Assembly (NCBI GenBank): GCA_944341445.1
Contig: CALVLZ010000009.1
Span: forward strand, 10,062 to 74,061
DNA from: an uncultured Clostridia bacterium
GTDB lineage: Bacteria > Bacillota > Clostridia > Christensenellales > UBA1242
Reading direction: 5' to 3'
DNA length: 64,000 bases
Positions 1-11,859 of the stretch are shown here, in pieces. Below the pieces are notes generated by a model, which searched no databases, was not told the origin of the DNA, and saw only the letters and a list, made by a program, of their open reading frames with translations. Both the position numbers and the translations under genes were made by a program. Each line of letters opens with the position of its first letter. The stretch's first letter is position 1.

Positions 1-318
1 ACTAACCCTGTTAGATTCCAACATCCTGTTGCAGGCATTTATAAAAAAGTTTGCACAGAAAAAGGCAAAAAATATTTTTCAGTTGCATCAGGTGGCGGAA
101 CAGGCAGAACATTGCACCCAGATAATATGCAAGCAGGTCCAGCTAGTTATGGTTTAACCGATACTATGGGACGTATGCACAGCGACGCACAATTTGCAGG
201 TTCTTCATCCGTTCCTGCTCACGTTGATATGATGGGCTTTATTGGAATGGGCAACAACCCAATGGTTGGCGCAACAGTTAGTTTAGCAGTTTCAGCATAC
301 ATTGCTTTAAACAAATAA
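1..318 (+). CDS. GGGtGRT-family protein, C-terminal part (5' end lies outside the window)
   Basis: Frame 1 is open from base 1. The translation ...KYFSVASGGGTGRTLHPDNMQAGPASYGLTDTMGRMHSD... carries the GGGTGRT signature that names the family. TAA at 316-318 is followed by a hairpin terminator. Confidence 0.6.
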   Translation, partial: TNPVRFQHPVAGIYKKVCTEKGKKYFSVASGGGTGRTLHPDNMQAGPASYGLTDTMGRMHSDAQFAGSSSVPAHVDMMGFIGMGNNPMVGATVSLAVSAYIALNK

Positions 319-325
319 AAATAAA

Positions 326-360
326 AAAGAACTTTCGTAAAAGAAAGTTCTTTTTGTTTT
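326..360. terminator. Bidirectional rho-independent terminator between convergent genes
   Basis: Perfect 11-bp stem aaagaactttc (326-336) / gaagttcttt-type arm gaaagttcttt (343-353) with a 6-nt loop. A T-run follows on the plus strand and an A-run precedes it, giving a T-run on the minus strand. Confidence 0.8.
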
Positions 361-362
361 TA

Positions 363-1945
<1,583 letters not shown>

Positions 1946-2023
1946 ATATACCTCTACTAAGGTTGATTATATCATAAATTTAGTAAAATAACAATTAACA
2001 TAGTATTATAAAATTATATAAAA

Positions 2024-4198
<2,175 letters not shown>

Positions 4199-4274
4199 AT
4201 TAAACTCCTTTTTAATATTGTTGCCAATTTTGCATTTAATATAAAAGAAATAAAAAAGATTGCTTAGCGCAATC

Positions 4275-5168
4275 TTAAAACATATTATAAAATTCAATTT
4301 TATCATTTAACGCATTAATTTCACTTCTTTCAACAGGCTTTCCCGCTCTAAAAATTAAAGTTTTTCTTGTGTTAAAAATCATAGATAAAATTAAAAACAC
4401 AACAAAACTAATCCACAAAATTAAATGTGCGTAAAATGGCATTTTTAAATTTAATATTAAACATAAAGAACTTCCAATAGCGCATAGCAACGCAATTAAA
4501 AAACTTGTAATTGATATTATGCTGTTTTTATAGTAATCCTTGGTTTTTTCAACAAACAAAGGATTAACTTTTTCACGAGAGTCAACTTGCAAATGCACAA
4601 TATCTGTTGAATAACCAACAAAAGAATCTAAAGTTCTTAATTGTCTGCTTTTTTCTGGCAATTGGTTTAATGTTAAAACAACGTCATTATCAAGTAATTG
4701 AATATCGTTCTCTGCCAAATTATCTTTATATACTCCAAGCATTTTAATACCCAATTTATAAATTCCATTAGAAATTGCTCTCGTGCATTTTTTAATACCT
4801 GTGTAAACTTTTTTCAAATAAACAATTTTATATCCAGCTTGCCAACTTGTGATAAATGCTTTAACAACATCTGAATTAACTTCTTCTTTAGAAGAATAAA
4901 TTATTGTTGCATCGTAATTCACACATTTCTTTAAAGCAACAGAGATAAGCATATGTTCATCCACAGACCTATCAACCATAAATGCTTTAACTTTTGAAGC
5001 ATCACTAAATGCACCACGAATTTTGGTGAAAACAACATTTAATTTTGCATTAATAGCAAAAATAACATCAAAATCAACACCACATTCTGTGCAAGATTTA
5101 TCTATAGTTTCATATGCTTTATTAAAATCTATATCCGCTAAAATCGGAATAACAACACCAATCTTCAT
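4275..5168 (-). CDS. Putative family-2 (GT-A) glycosyltransferase with C-terminal TM helices
   Basis: 297 aa. The N-terminal KIGVVIPI...DVIFAIN region looks like a GT-A fold, and two hydrophobic helices sit at the C-terminus (GtrB/DPM1-like layout). The similarity is weak by eye. Confidence 0.4.
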   Translation of the reverse strand: MKIGVVIPILADIDFNKAYETIDKSCTECGVDFDVIFAINAKLNVVFTKIRGAFSDASKVKAFMVDRSVDEHMLISVALKKCVNYDATIIYSSKEEVNSDVVKAFITSWQAGYKIVYLKKVYTGIKKCTRAISNGIYKLGIKMLGVYKDNLAENDIQLLDNDVVLTLNQLPEKSRQLRTLDSFVGYSTDIVHLQVDSREKVNPLFVEKTKDYYKNSIISITSFLIALLCAIGSSLCLILNLKMPFYAHLILWISFVVFLILSMIFNTRKTLIFRAGKPVERSEINALNDKIEFYNMF

Positions 5169-5334
5169 AAAAACCCTACTTTTTATTACTATTTATTTAA
5201 TATTATATAAAATTTATGTAAAAAACACAAACAAATATTTTATTATATAAAATCAAACTTTGTAATATTTTATAACTTAATATTGAGTGTTAAAAATAAA
5301 AAGTCACACAAATTTTGTGCAACTTTTTATTTTT

Positions 5335-5583
5335 TTATTCTTCATCAATAAATTGTTTTATTTCAAGAAGATTATCATATGTTAATTCTGGAGAATTAAG
5401 TTCTTCATAGGCTTCAACAAAAGCATTTTTAACTTCTTCAGAATATTCTTTATTCTTTAAAGCAATATCTTTCATTTTTTCTGCCACTTTAACAACTTCT
5501 TCTTTTGTTTTAAAATCAACTGATTTAATTATTTTTTCAATAACGCTAAATCTGTTAATAGAAACATTACTTTTCTTAGCCAT
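5335..5583 (-). CDS. Small helical, mildly acidic hypothetical protein
   Basis: 82 aa, no TM, K/E-rich. RBS is taaggagtttgtt-ATG. It lies 90 nt downstream of the giant gene with no hairpin in between, so it is probably co-transcribed. Confidence 0.5.
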   Translation of the reverse strand: MAKKSNVSINRFSVIEKIIKSVDFKTKEEVVKVAEKMKDIALKNKEYSEEVKNAFVEAYEELNSPELTYDNLLEIKQFIDEE

Positions 5584-5673
5584 AACAAACTCCTTAACAA
5601 CTTTATAGTATAAGAATAAACTATTTTCATTAAAAAATCAATATTTATTAATAATTAATTTATATTTTAATCA

Positions 5674-8600
5674 TTACCTGGGAGGCAACACTGATGAATC
5701 TTTAGCTTCTTTTTTCGATTTATCTTCTTCTTTATTTACCACCTTTTCGCCAACTTTTTTAGCCAATTCTTCAATGCCTTTCTTTATTTCCTCTTCAGAT
5801 TTTCCAGCTAGATCAAAAATTGCATCATTAACAATTGCCATAGCCAACTTATCATCTTCTTTTTCAGGATCTTTTAATAAGTTTTGTATATGCTCGCTCC
5901 ATCCCTTCTTTTGTTCATCATCAAGCTTATCCCAAGATTCTGCTACTTCTGAGATTTTACCAACATATTGAATAACTGATCCTTTTTTACTAACTTCATC
6001 AATTTTTTTAATTTCTTTACTTTCAGCTATATTTCGAATTACTTCTTTACTTTCTTTTTCTTTTATTCTGCTTACAAATTCTTCAACAGTAGCTGGTTTT
6101 TTAGCTTTAGATTCTTCTTTTTCCTCAGTGTTTTCTTCTGTTTTTTCTTCAGGCTTACTTTCTTTACTTTCTGTTTCATCTTCTCCCTTTGATTTATCAG
6201 GATCCTCTACAACAGCATGAACTCTTTCTGGATCTGAAGTTTCTCGAACGCTATTAACACTTTCTCTTGTTTTAACTTCTGGATATTCAGGAGCAATTGT
6301 TCTTGGATTGTATGGAGGGATCTTAGATAATGTGTATTTTATGTAATCTAAAGAATACTCTCCTGCAATTTTCTTATTTAATACTTCATCAATTATTGAT
6401 TGATAATCAACATCTGGTCCATATATATGACTTACAACTGCTGGTGCCACATCATTAACAATTCTATTTGCTAAATCAATAGTATATTTAGTTTTTTCAG
6501 GATTTGCAGAATCTTTAACTGAATCAATTAATTCATCTTTTGCACATTCAAAGAATTTTTCAGCTTGGTCTCTAGCAAAGCCAGGTCTAACAACGCCTTC
6601 TCTACCAATAAATTTACATTGTCTATCTAAAATTCTATTTATTCTATTTTCTGTTGACTTTCTAATTGTGTTTAAATATGTCAATTTTTGTTCATCAGCC
6701 ATTTTGTCAAAAGTTTCAGGTTCTATAAATACAACGTCTTCTTCTACTGCACTTGCATAAGGACTTGAAATATACTCATTATAAACTTCATTATATTGTT
6801 CACTTGCAACTTCACCAATTCTTTCAGCATTTTCATCTTTGTGAATTTCTTTTTTTGCAAGATCAATAGCTAATTGAATTGTTTGCAATGCAACATATGC
6901 TTTAATATCATTACCCATTTCTTTTTTGAACTTCATCAATTCACTATCGCTCTCTTCATAAATTCTTGTCCTTGTTGCAGATTCTCTAACAACTGCTTCT
7001 CTATCTTCTGTTTCAGTTGCTTCAGGTTCTGTTTTAGGAGCAACTGTTGTTTCTTTACCTTCTGCGGTTTCAGTAGCTTCAGTATGTTCACTTGCAGACT
7101 TCTCTGCAGCCTTATCTTTTTCAGACAACTTGCCATCAAGTAATTTTTTAGCATCTTCTTTGCTTATTTCTTTTTTACTTTCACCATCTGCAACAAATAG
7201 CTTACCATCTTCAGACATCTCAACACCTAAATCTTTAAGTGCGTTCGCAATTGTTTTTAATTTATCAATATCAACAGATTCCTCAGTTGCTTTATCAGAA
7301 TCAGCACTAGGTTCTGACTCATCGCCATAAATAGCATTAACTATAGCAATATCTTTCTTTGTTGCATTAATAATTTCTTTAGCTTCTTCTTTGGAAACTT
7401 CTGTAACTTTTCCATCTTTATCTGTTGTGATTAATTTTCCAGATTCATCAAATCTTAAGCCACTAACTTCTAAAGCATTTACAACATCTTTATCTGGAGT
7501 TACATCATCACCATATATAAATTTGTGTAAATCTTCAACTTTAACAGCATTAACCTTTTCTTTTTCATCTTTGCTTGGCTCTGGATTTTTTTCTTCAACC
7601 TTTTCTTCAGGTTTTATTTCAGCATTTACAACAGTTTCCTCTTTTTCTTTGTTCTCAATGCTTGTTTTTAAAATGTTTTCAACATCACCTTTAGAAACTG
7701 CATAGAAAGAACTATCAACAAATTGCTCTCCAATTTTTGTAATTCCTGCTTGTTGTAAAGCTTTTTCTTCAAAATCAATCATACTATTATTAACACTTTG
7801 TTTATCGATTTCTTTTTTAGAATCTTTATCAAAGTATTTTCCATCTTCCCCTTTCTCAATATTTAATTTACCTAAAATATATTCTTCTGATAAAACAAAA
7901 TTGTATTCTGGTTCAGTATTTTTCTTTTCTTTTCTTGTAAATTTTTCTTTAACTTTTGCAACAGCACTTTCAAACTTAGTTTTAAATTTCTTTAATTTTG
8001 AATTAACGTTCTCGTCAACTTTTGCAGATTTATCTTCAACCTTGTCTTCAACAACTTTATCGTTTTCAACTTCTGCACTTGTTGCTGCTTTTTCATCTTT
8101 TTTAGGTGTATATAATCCATTGTCAACATAATATTTAACTGATTCTTCAACCTTTTTATCTGCTCTTCCTTTAGCATTCAACAACGCATTGTTAACTTTT
8201 TCAAATTTTGGATCTTTTGATAATTTAGATTCCAAATCTGTTGAAAAGTCGAAGACTTCACCATCTTTAACAATACTTCTTAAATATTCAACTTCTTCAT
8301 CATCTAATTCCTTATCATTAACAACATATTGATGAGTGTTGTTATATTTGTAATCAACTTCAGTTTTGCCAACATTAGCATATTTCTTAGGTTTAGAGCC
8401 TTTTCCAACAATATTTCTAATTAATCCACTTTCTTCTAAAGCTGTAACAAATTCTTCATTATATCTTTTATTTAAATCTTTTCTTTTCTCTTCTTTAACA
8501 GTATTAATAATTTGATTTTTCTCTTCTTCAACTTTAACAATCTCTTGAATTTGTTCATCAACCAAAGATTTAACACCTGACACAGATTTAAAATCACTTT

Positions 8601-11487
8601 CAAATTTTTTAGGAATTAAAATTGTTTTAACTTCATCTTTTTCTTTATATTGAACTTCAACAAGTTCCATATCTTTGCCAGCATTTTTTTCAATAATTTT
8701 TTTACTAGCTTCAACTATGAACAACAATTTAGAATCAATTTCATCAACATATTCTTCTAACATTGATTTTTTCTCTGCATCAACTTCATCTGCAATTTTA
8801 CTAGTATTATCATCTTTATTTTTAACAGCATTAGTTATACGTTCATATTTTTCATCTGAAGCAATTCTTGCAACTCTATGAACTTCTTGCTCTAAAATAT
8901 AATTTTGCAACTGCAATTTTACTAATGCTTTGTTTTCATTCATTTTTTGAATTTCTTCACTAGTAGCTTTTCCATTCTTAGCTTTAAATTCAATACTTCT
9001 AATTTCTAAACACTTTGTTGTAAGATCTTCAATTAACTCAGGATTATTCTTAATAATATTTAAGCATTCTTTGCTTTTAAATATCCTACGTTTTCCAACT
9101 TTTTTAACATAATCACTATCTGTTTCAATAGATATAATTGAAGAAACCAATTCGTCATAAGATTTATCTTTTACATCTTTTTTGCTATTAGCTGAATAAT
9201 AATCTTTTCTTGTGTTTTCTTCAGAATCATAATACACTGCTAATTGATCAACTATAGAATTTCTAATTTGGAATCTTAATATACCATTTCTAATTCTGCC
9301 ACCTTTCATAATAGCAGCATTTTCTATTTCGCTTACTTTATAGTTTAAACCTCTTTCTATAATCTTAGCACGTTTTTCAACTGCAGATTTATAAGTTGCT
9401 TCAATTTCTTCAAATTCAGCAAAATTTTCGTCTTTCTTTGTTTTAGGGTCATCGCTAACAAATTTATCATAAGATTCACTTGGGAATTTCTCAGTATGTG
9501 TTTTTTTCCATTCGCTTTCAAAGTATCTTTTTTTGCCGTTTGCAACGTTTTGTTCAACCACATACTCGTATGCATCTTTAACAGTTTTGTTTAAATTAGC
9601 ATTTTCTTCATCTAACAATTGATCTATAAAGTCAACTCTAAAGTTTCCATCTTCTAAATCTGGTAGATTATTTAACACTTTGCCAAATACTTCAACAATT
9701 TTAGATTTATCTTCTGCATATTTTTTAGAAACTGTATAACCATAAGTTTTTTGTTTGCCCTTAACTTCAACATCAACACTAAAATCAGTTTTAGTTTTAT
9801 CATCAATTCTTGTTAAATAGCCACTATTTTCTAAAAATTTTAAGAAGTCACGTTTAGCAAATGATTTTCTTAAATCTGCATTATCCTTAGATTTCAAACT
9901 AAACTCTTTTAAAACATCTAGTTCTGCAAAAACTTTTGCTTGTTCATGAATATCTTCTTTAGTTAAATTTAAGTAAAAATCTCTTTCATCTGGTTTTAAA
10001 TAATAGATATTTGAAACATCTTCTGGTTTAGCTGAAATTAATGAGTTAAACATATCAGAAGTTAAGTTGTAAGGATTTTCTTGTCTTAACTTTTTAGTAT
10101 CATTATAAATTCTTCTTCTATATCTTAAATCTTCTTTTAATTTTTTAAATTTACTTGATGTGTAATCTTTAATACCAGACAAAACATCTGAAGCAACATT
10201 AACAGCCTTTTCAAAACCCTTTGCAATTTTAGATTTTTCTTTGCTTTTTGCTTGTTCTTCAGCAAATTTTTCGTCTTCTCTTTTTATTGCAGCTTCATTT
10301 TCTTCTCTCTTTATGCTTGCAATTCTTTCTTCAACAATTTTAGTTGAAGAATTTCTTGCTTCTTTAAACACTGCATTTACTTCTTTAAATTCTGGTTTAA
10401 GTTTAGAATCTAAATCTGAACCAATTTCAAAAATTTCGTCATCGCTTAACAAACTCTTTAAATATTTTGTTTGCTCATCACCTAATGATTCGTTTTGTAA
10501 AGTATCACTATTAATTATGTAACTTTTTCCACCAAAAATGAATTCTTGAGGTTTGAATTTTCTCATGGTCTTTTTACCAGTTGCACCATTTAAATTCATA
10601 ACCCTTTCATCGTTTTTGTTATCATTAACTCTAATAATACCTTTTTCTTCTAAAACTTTTACGAAGTTATTTTTATAATCGTCATTCATCTCTTTTTGTT
10701 CATTTTTAATTCTATCACTAATTTTTCTTTCTGTATCAGTAGGAATATATTCAGACACAGGAGATTTTTCGCCATTAACAATTCTATTTAAATCCTCTTC
10801 AGACACTAAATCAGTTGTTCCATCGTAGTAATACTTTCCGTTTATACTAGTAATACCCTTTTCCAACAATTTTTTTTCAAAATCTTTGGCTTCTTGCTCT
10901 TTTCTTTGTTTTTCTTCTTCTTTCTTGTTTTGTCTTTCTTCTTTCCACTTGTTATATTTATTTGTTAAATTAGTTCTAACATTGTTAAGTTCATCACCAA
11001 TTTTATTAATAGCTTTTAATACAAAATCATAAAAAGAAGCTTCATCTTTAGATTCAACAGATTCAACAGGTTTAACAACTTTGGTCTTTTTAGGAGCGTT
11101 TTGTTCTTTAAATTTTGTAGATGCATTTTCAACTGCTTTTCTAAGAATGTCATTTTCAATGGAATACTTTTTACCATCTTCAAGCACACTTAACATATCT
11201 TCAGGATAGCCTTTATCTCTCATTTGCTCCAACATATCTTCAACATATAATCTTGAATCTGAACCTTTTGCACGTTTAACAACAAATTGTTTGTTATTGT
11301 TTTTGTTTACTTTGAACACCACATCTTTATTCTTTTTTGCAGTGCTTGGTTTCTTATAACTTGCACCTTTTTGTCCTCTTAAACTTTTAACCAAACCAGC
11401 AGATTCTAACTCACTATAAAGCAACTCTTCAAATGTTTTTTTACTATTTCTAGTTGTTTTTTTTGTTGATTTTTTGGTTGTACTCAT
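5674..11487 (-). CDS. Giant (1937 aa) K/E/D-rich modular protein without signal peptide
   Basis: Uninterrupted 5.8-kb ORF with a basic N-terminus (MSTTKKSTKKTTRNSKK). No TM or signal sequence. It has recurring LExxG[ILV] modules and a less biased region near the C-terminus. I recognise no catalytic motif. Confidence 0.8.
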   Translation of the reverse strand: MSTTKKSTKKTTRNSKKTFEELLYSELESAGLVKSLRGQKGASYKKPSTAKKNKDVVFKVNKNNNKQFVVKRAKGSDSRLYVEDMLEQMRDKGYPEDMLSVLEDGKKYSIENDILRKAVENASTKFKEQNAPKKTKVVKPVESVESKDEASFYDFVLKAINKIGDELNNVRTNLTNKYNKWKEERQNKKEEEKQRKEQEAKDFEKKLLEKGITSINGKYYYDGTTDLVSEEDLNRIVNGEKSPVSEYIPTDTERKISDRIKNEQKEMNDDYKNNFVKVLEEKGIIRVNDNKNDERVMNLNGATGKKTMRKFKPQEFIFGGKSYIINSDTLQNESLGDEQTKYLKSLLSDDEIFEIGSDLDSKLKPEFKEVNAVFKEARNSSTKIVEERIASIKREENEAAIKREDEKFAEEQAKSKEKSKIAKGFEKAVNVASDVLSGIKDYTSSKFKKLKEDLRYRRRIYNDTKKLRQENPYNLTSDMFNSLISAKPEDVSNIYYLKPDERDFYLNLTKEDIHEQAKVFAELDVLKEFSLKSKDNADLRKSFAKRDFLKFLENSGYLTRIDDKTKTDFSVDVEVKGKQKTYGYTVSKKYAEDKSKIVEVFGKVLNNLPDLEDGNFRVDFIDQLLDEENANLNKTVKDAYEYVVEQNVANGKKRYFESEWKKTHTEKFPSESYDKFVSDDPKTKKDENFAEFEEIEATYKSAVEKRAKIIERGLNYKVSEIENAAIMKGGRIRNGILRFQIRNSIVDQLAVYYDSEENTRKDYYSANSKKDVKDKSYDELVSSIISIETDSDYVKKVGKRRIFKSKECLNIIKNNPELIEDLTTKCLEIRSIEFKAKNGKATSEEIQKMNENKALVKLQLQNYILEQEVHRVARIASDEKYERITNAVKNKDDNTSKIADEVDAEKKSMLEEYVDEIDSKLLFIVEASKKIIEKNAGKDMELVEVQYKEKDEVKTILIPKKFESDFKSVSGVKSLVDEQIQEIVKVEEEKNQIINTVKEEKRKDLNKRYNEEFVTALEESGLIRNIVGKGSKPKKYANVGKTEVDYKYNNTHQYVVNDKELDDEEVEYLRSIVKDGEVFDFSTDLESKLSKDPKFEKVNNALLNAKGRADKKVEESVKYYVDNGLYTPKKDEKAATSAEVENDKVVEDKVEDKSAKVDENVNSKLKKFKTKFESAVAKVKEKFTRKEKKNTEPEYNFVLSEEYILGKLNIEKGEDGKYFDKDSKKEIDKQSVNNSMIDFEEKALQQAGITKIGEQFVDSSFYAVSKGDVENILKTSIENKEKEETVVNAEIKPEEKVEEKNPEPSKDEKEKVNAVKVEDLHKFIYGDDVTPDKDVVNALEVSGLRFDESGKLITTDKDGKVTEVSKEEAKEIINATKKDIAIVNAIYGDESEPSADSDKATEESVDIDKLKTIANALKDLGVEMSEDGKLFVADGESKKEISKEDAKKLLDGKLSEKDKAAEKSASEHTEATETAEGKETTVAPKTEPEATETEDREAVVRESATRTRIYEESDSELMKFKKEMGNDIKAYVALQTIQLAIDLAKKEIHKDENAERIGEVASEQYNEVYNEYISSPYASAVEEDVVFIEPETFDKMADEQKLTYLNTIRKSTENRINRILDRQCKFIGREGVVRPGFARDQAEKFFECAKDELIDSVKDSANPEKTKYTIDLANRIVNDVAPAVVSHIYGPDVDYQSIIDEVLNKKIAGEYSLDYIKYTLSKIPPYNPRTIAPEYPEVKTRESVNSVRETSDPERVHAVVEDPDKSKGEDETESKESKPEEKTEENTEEKEESKAKKPATVEEFVSRIKEKESKEVIRNIAESKEIKKIDEVSKKGSVIQYVGKISEVAESWDKLDDEQKKGWSEHIQNLLKDPEKEDDKLAMAIVNDAIFDLAGKSEEEIKKGIEELAKKVGEKVVNKEEDKSKKEAKDSSVLPPR
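7120..7488 (-). repeat. Tandem intragenic module pair in the giant K/E-rich gene
   Basis: Residues about 1334-1456. NALEVSGLRFDESGKLITTDKDGKVTEVSKEEAKEIIN aligns with NALKDLGVEMSEDGKLFVADGESKKEISKEDAKKLLD. Confidence 0.7.
8143..8451 (-). repeat. Copy B of a ~105-aa intragenic duplication (partner at 10327-10665)
   Basis: FVTALEESGLIRN...YVVNDKELDDEEVEYLRSIVKDGEVFDFSTDLESKLSKDPKFEKVNNALLNAKGRADKKVEE aligns with copy A at the protein level. Confidence 0.7.
10327..10665 (-). repeat. Copy A of a ~105-aa intragenic duplication (partner at 8143-8451)
   Basis: FVKVLEEKGIIRV...YIINSDTLQNESLGDEQTKYLKSLLSDDEIFEIGSDLDSKLKPEFKEVNAVFKEARNSSTKIVEE. Confidence 0.7.
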
Positions 11488-11575
11488 TTCTCACACTCTC
11501 TTTATAAAAATTTTGAACAATAATTTGAAAATTTAAGATATAGCAATAATTGCATTGTTCTTTTAATTACTTAAT

Positions 11576-11604
11576 ATTTTACCATATTTCGCCAAAAATT
11601 GCAA
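11576..11604 (-). promoter_or_regulatory. Candidate sigma-A-type promoter of the giant K/E-rich gene
   Basis: On the minus strand: TTGCAA (11604-11599), 17-nt spacer, TGg-TAAAAT extended -10 (11581-11576). It lies about 90 nt upstream of the ATG. Such matches are frequent in AT-rich DNA. Confidence 0.4.
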
Positions 11605-11833
11605 TACACTAAACAATATTAGTTAGCATTTATATATAATATTTTAGTATTTATTCATATAAAACTTAGAATTTATATCTAAAATTCTCAATTACGATTG
11701 TTAAAAATTTAAAATACAAATTTCTAAATATTTAAATTAAAAAAGTAAAAACTTAATTCATTTTTAAATTAAACATATTTTAAATTTGTTTTCTATAATA
11801 GTATTTGCAAATACAAAGTTTTAAATAAAAAAA

Positions 11834-11857
11834 ATAAAAGATTTTGCAATCTTTTAT
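11834..11857 (-). terminator. Rho-independent terminator of the VirB4-like gene
   Basis: 10-bp stem ataaaagatt / aatcttttat with loop ttgc, immediately after the stop at 11860-11862. A T-run of 8 follows on the minus strand. Confidence 0.7.
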
Positions 11858-11859
11858 TT

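Noticed and set aside
4199-4306. N-terminal 36-aa extension of the aminopeptidase ORF, overlapping the upstream gene
   Set aside because: The internal ATG at 4198 has a canonical AAGGAG RBS, matches homolog N-termini and removes a 32-nt overlap. The extension has no RBS.
5774-10522. Series of plus-strand ORFs (5774-5971, 6874-7143, 7130-7330, 7391-7705, 7901-8131, 8675-8881, 10241-10522), and out-of-frame minus-strand ORFs, inside the giant K/E-rich gene
   Set aside because: They translate to S/F/L-rich low-complexity strings. That is the expected antisense reading of GAA/AAA-rich codons. None has an RBS, and all lie fully inside a 5.8-kb uninterrupted ORF.
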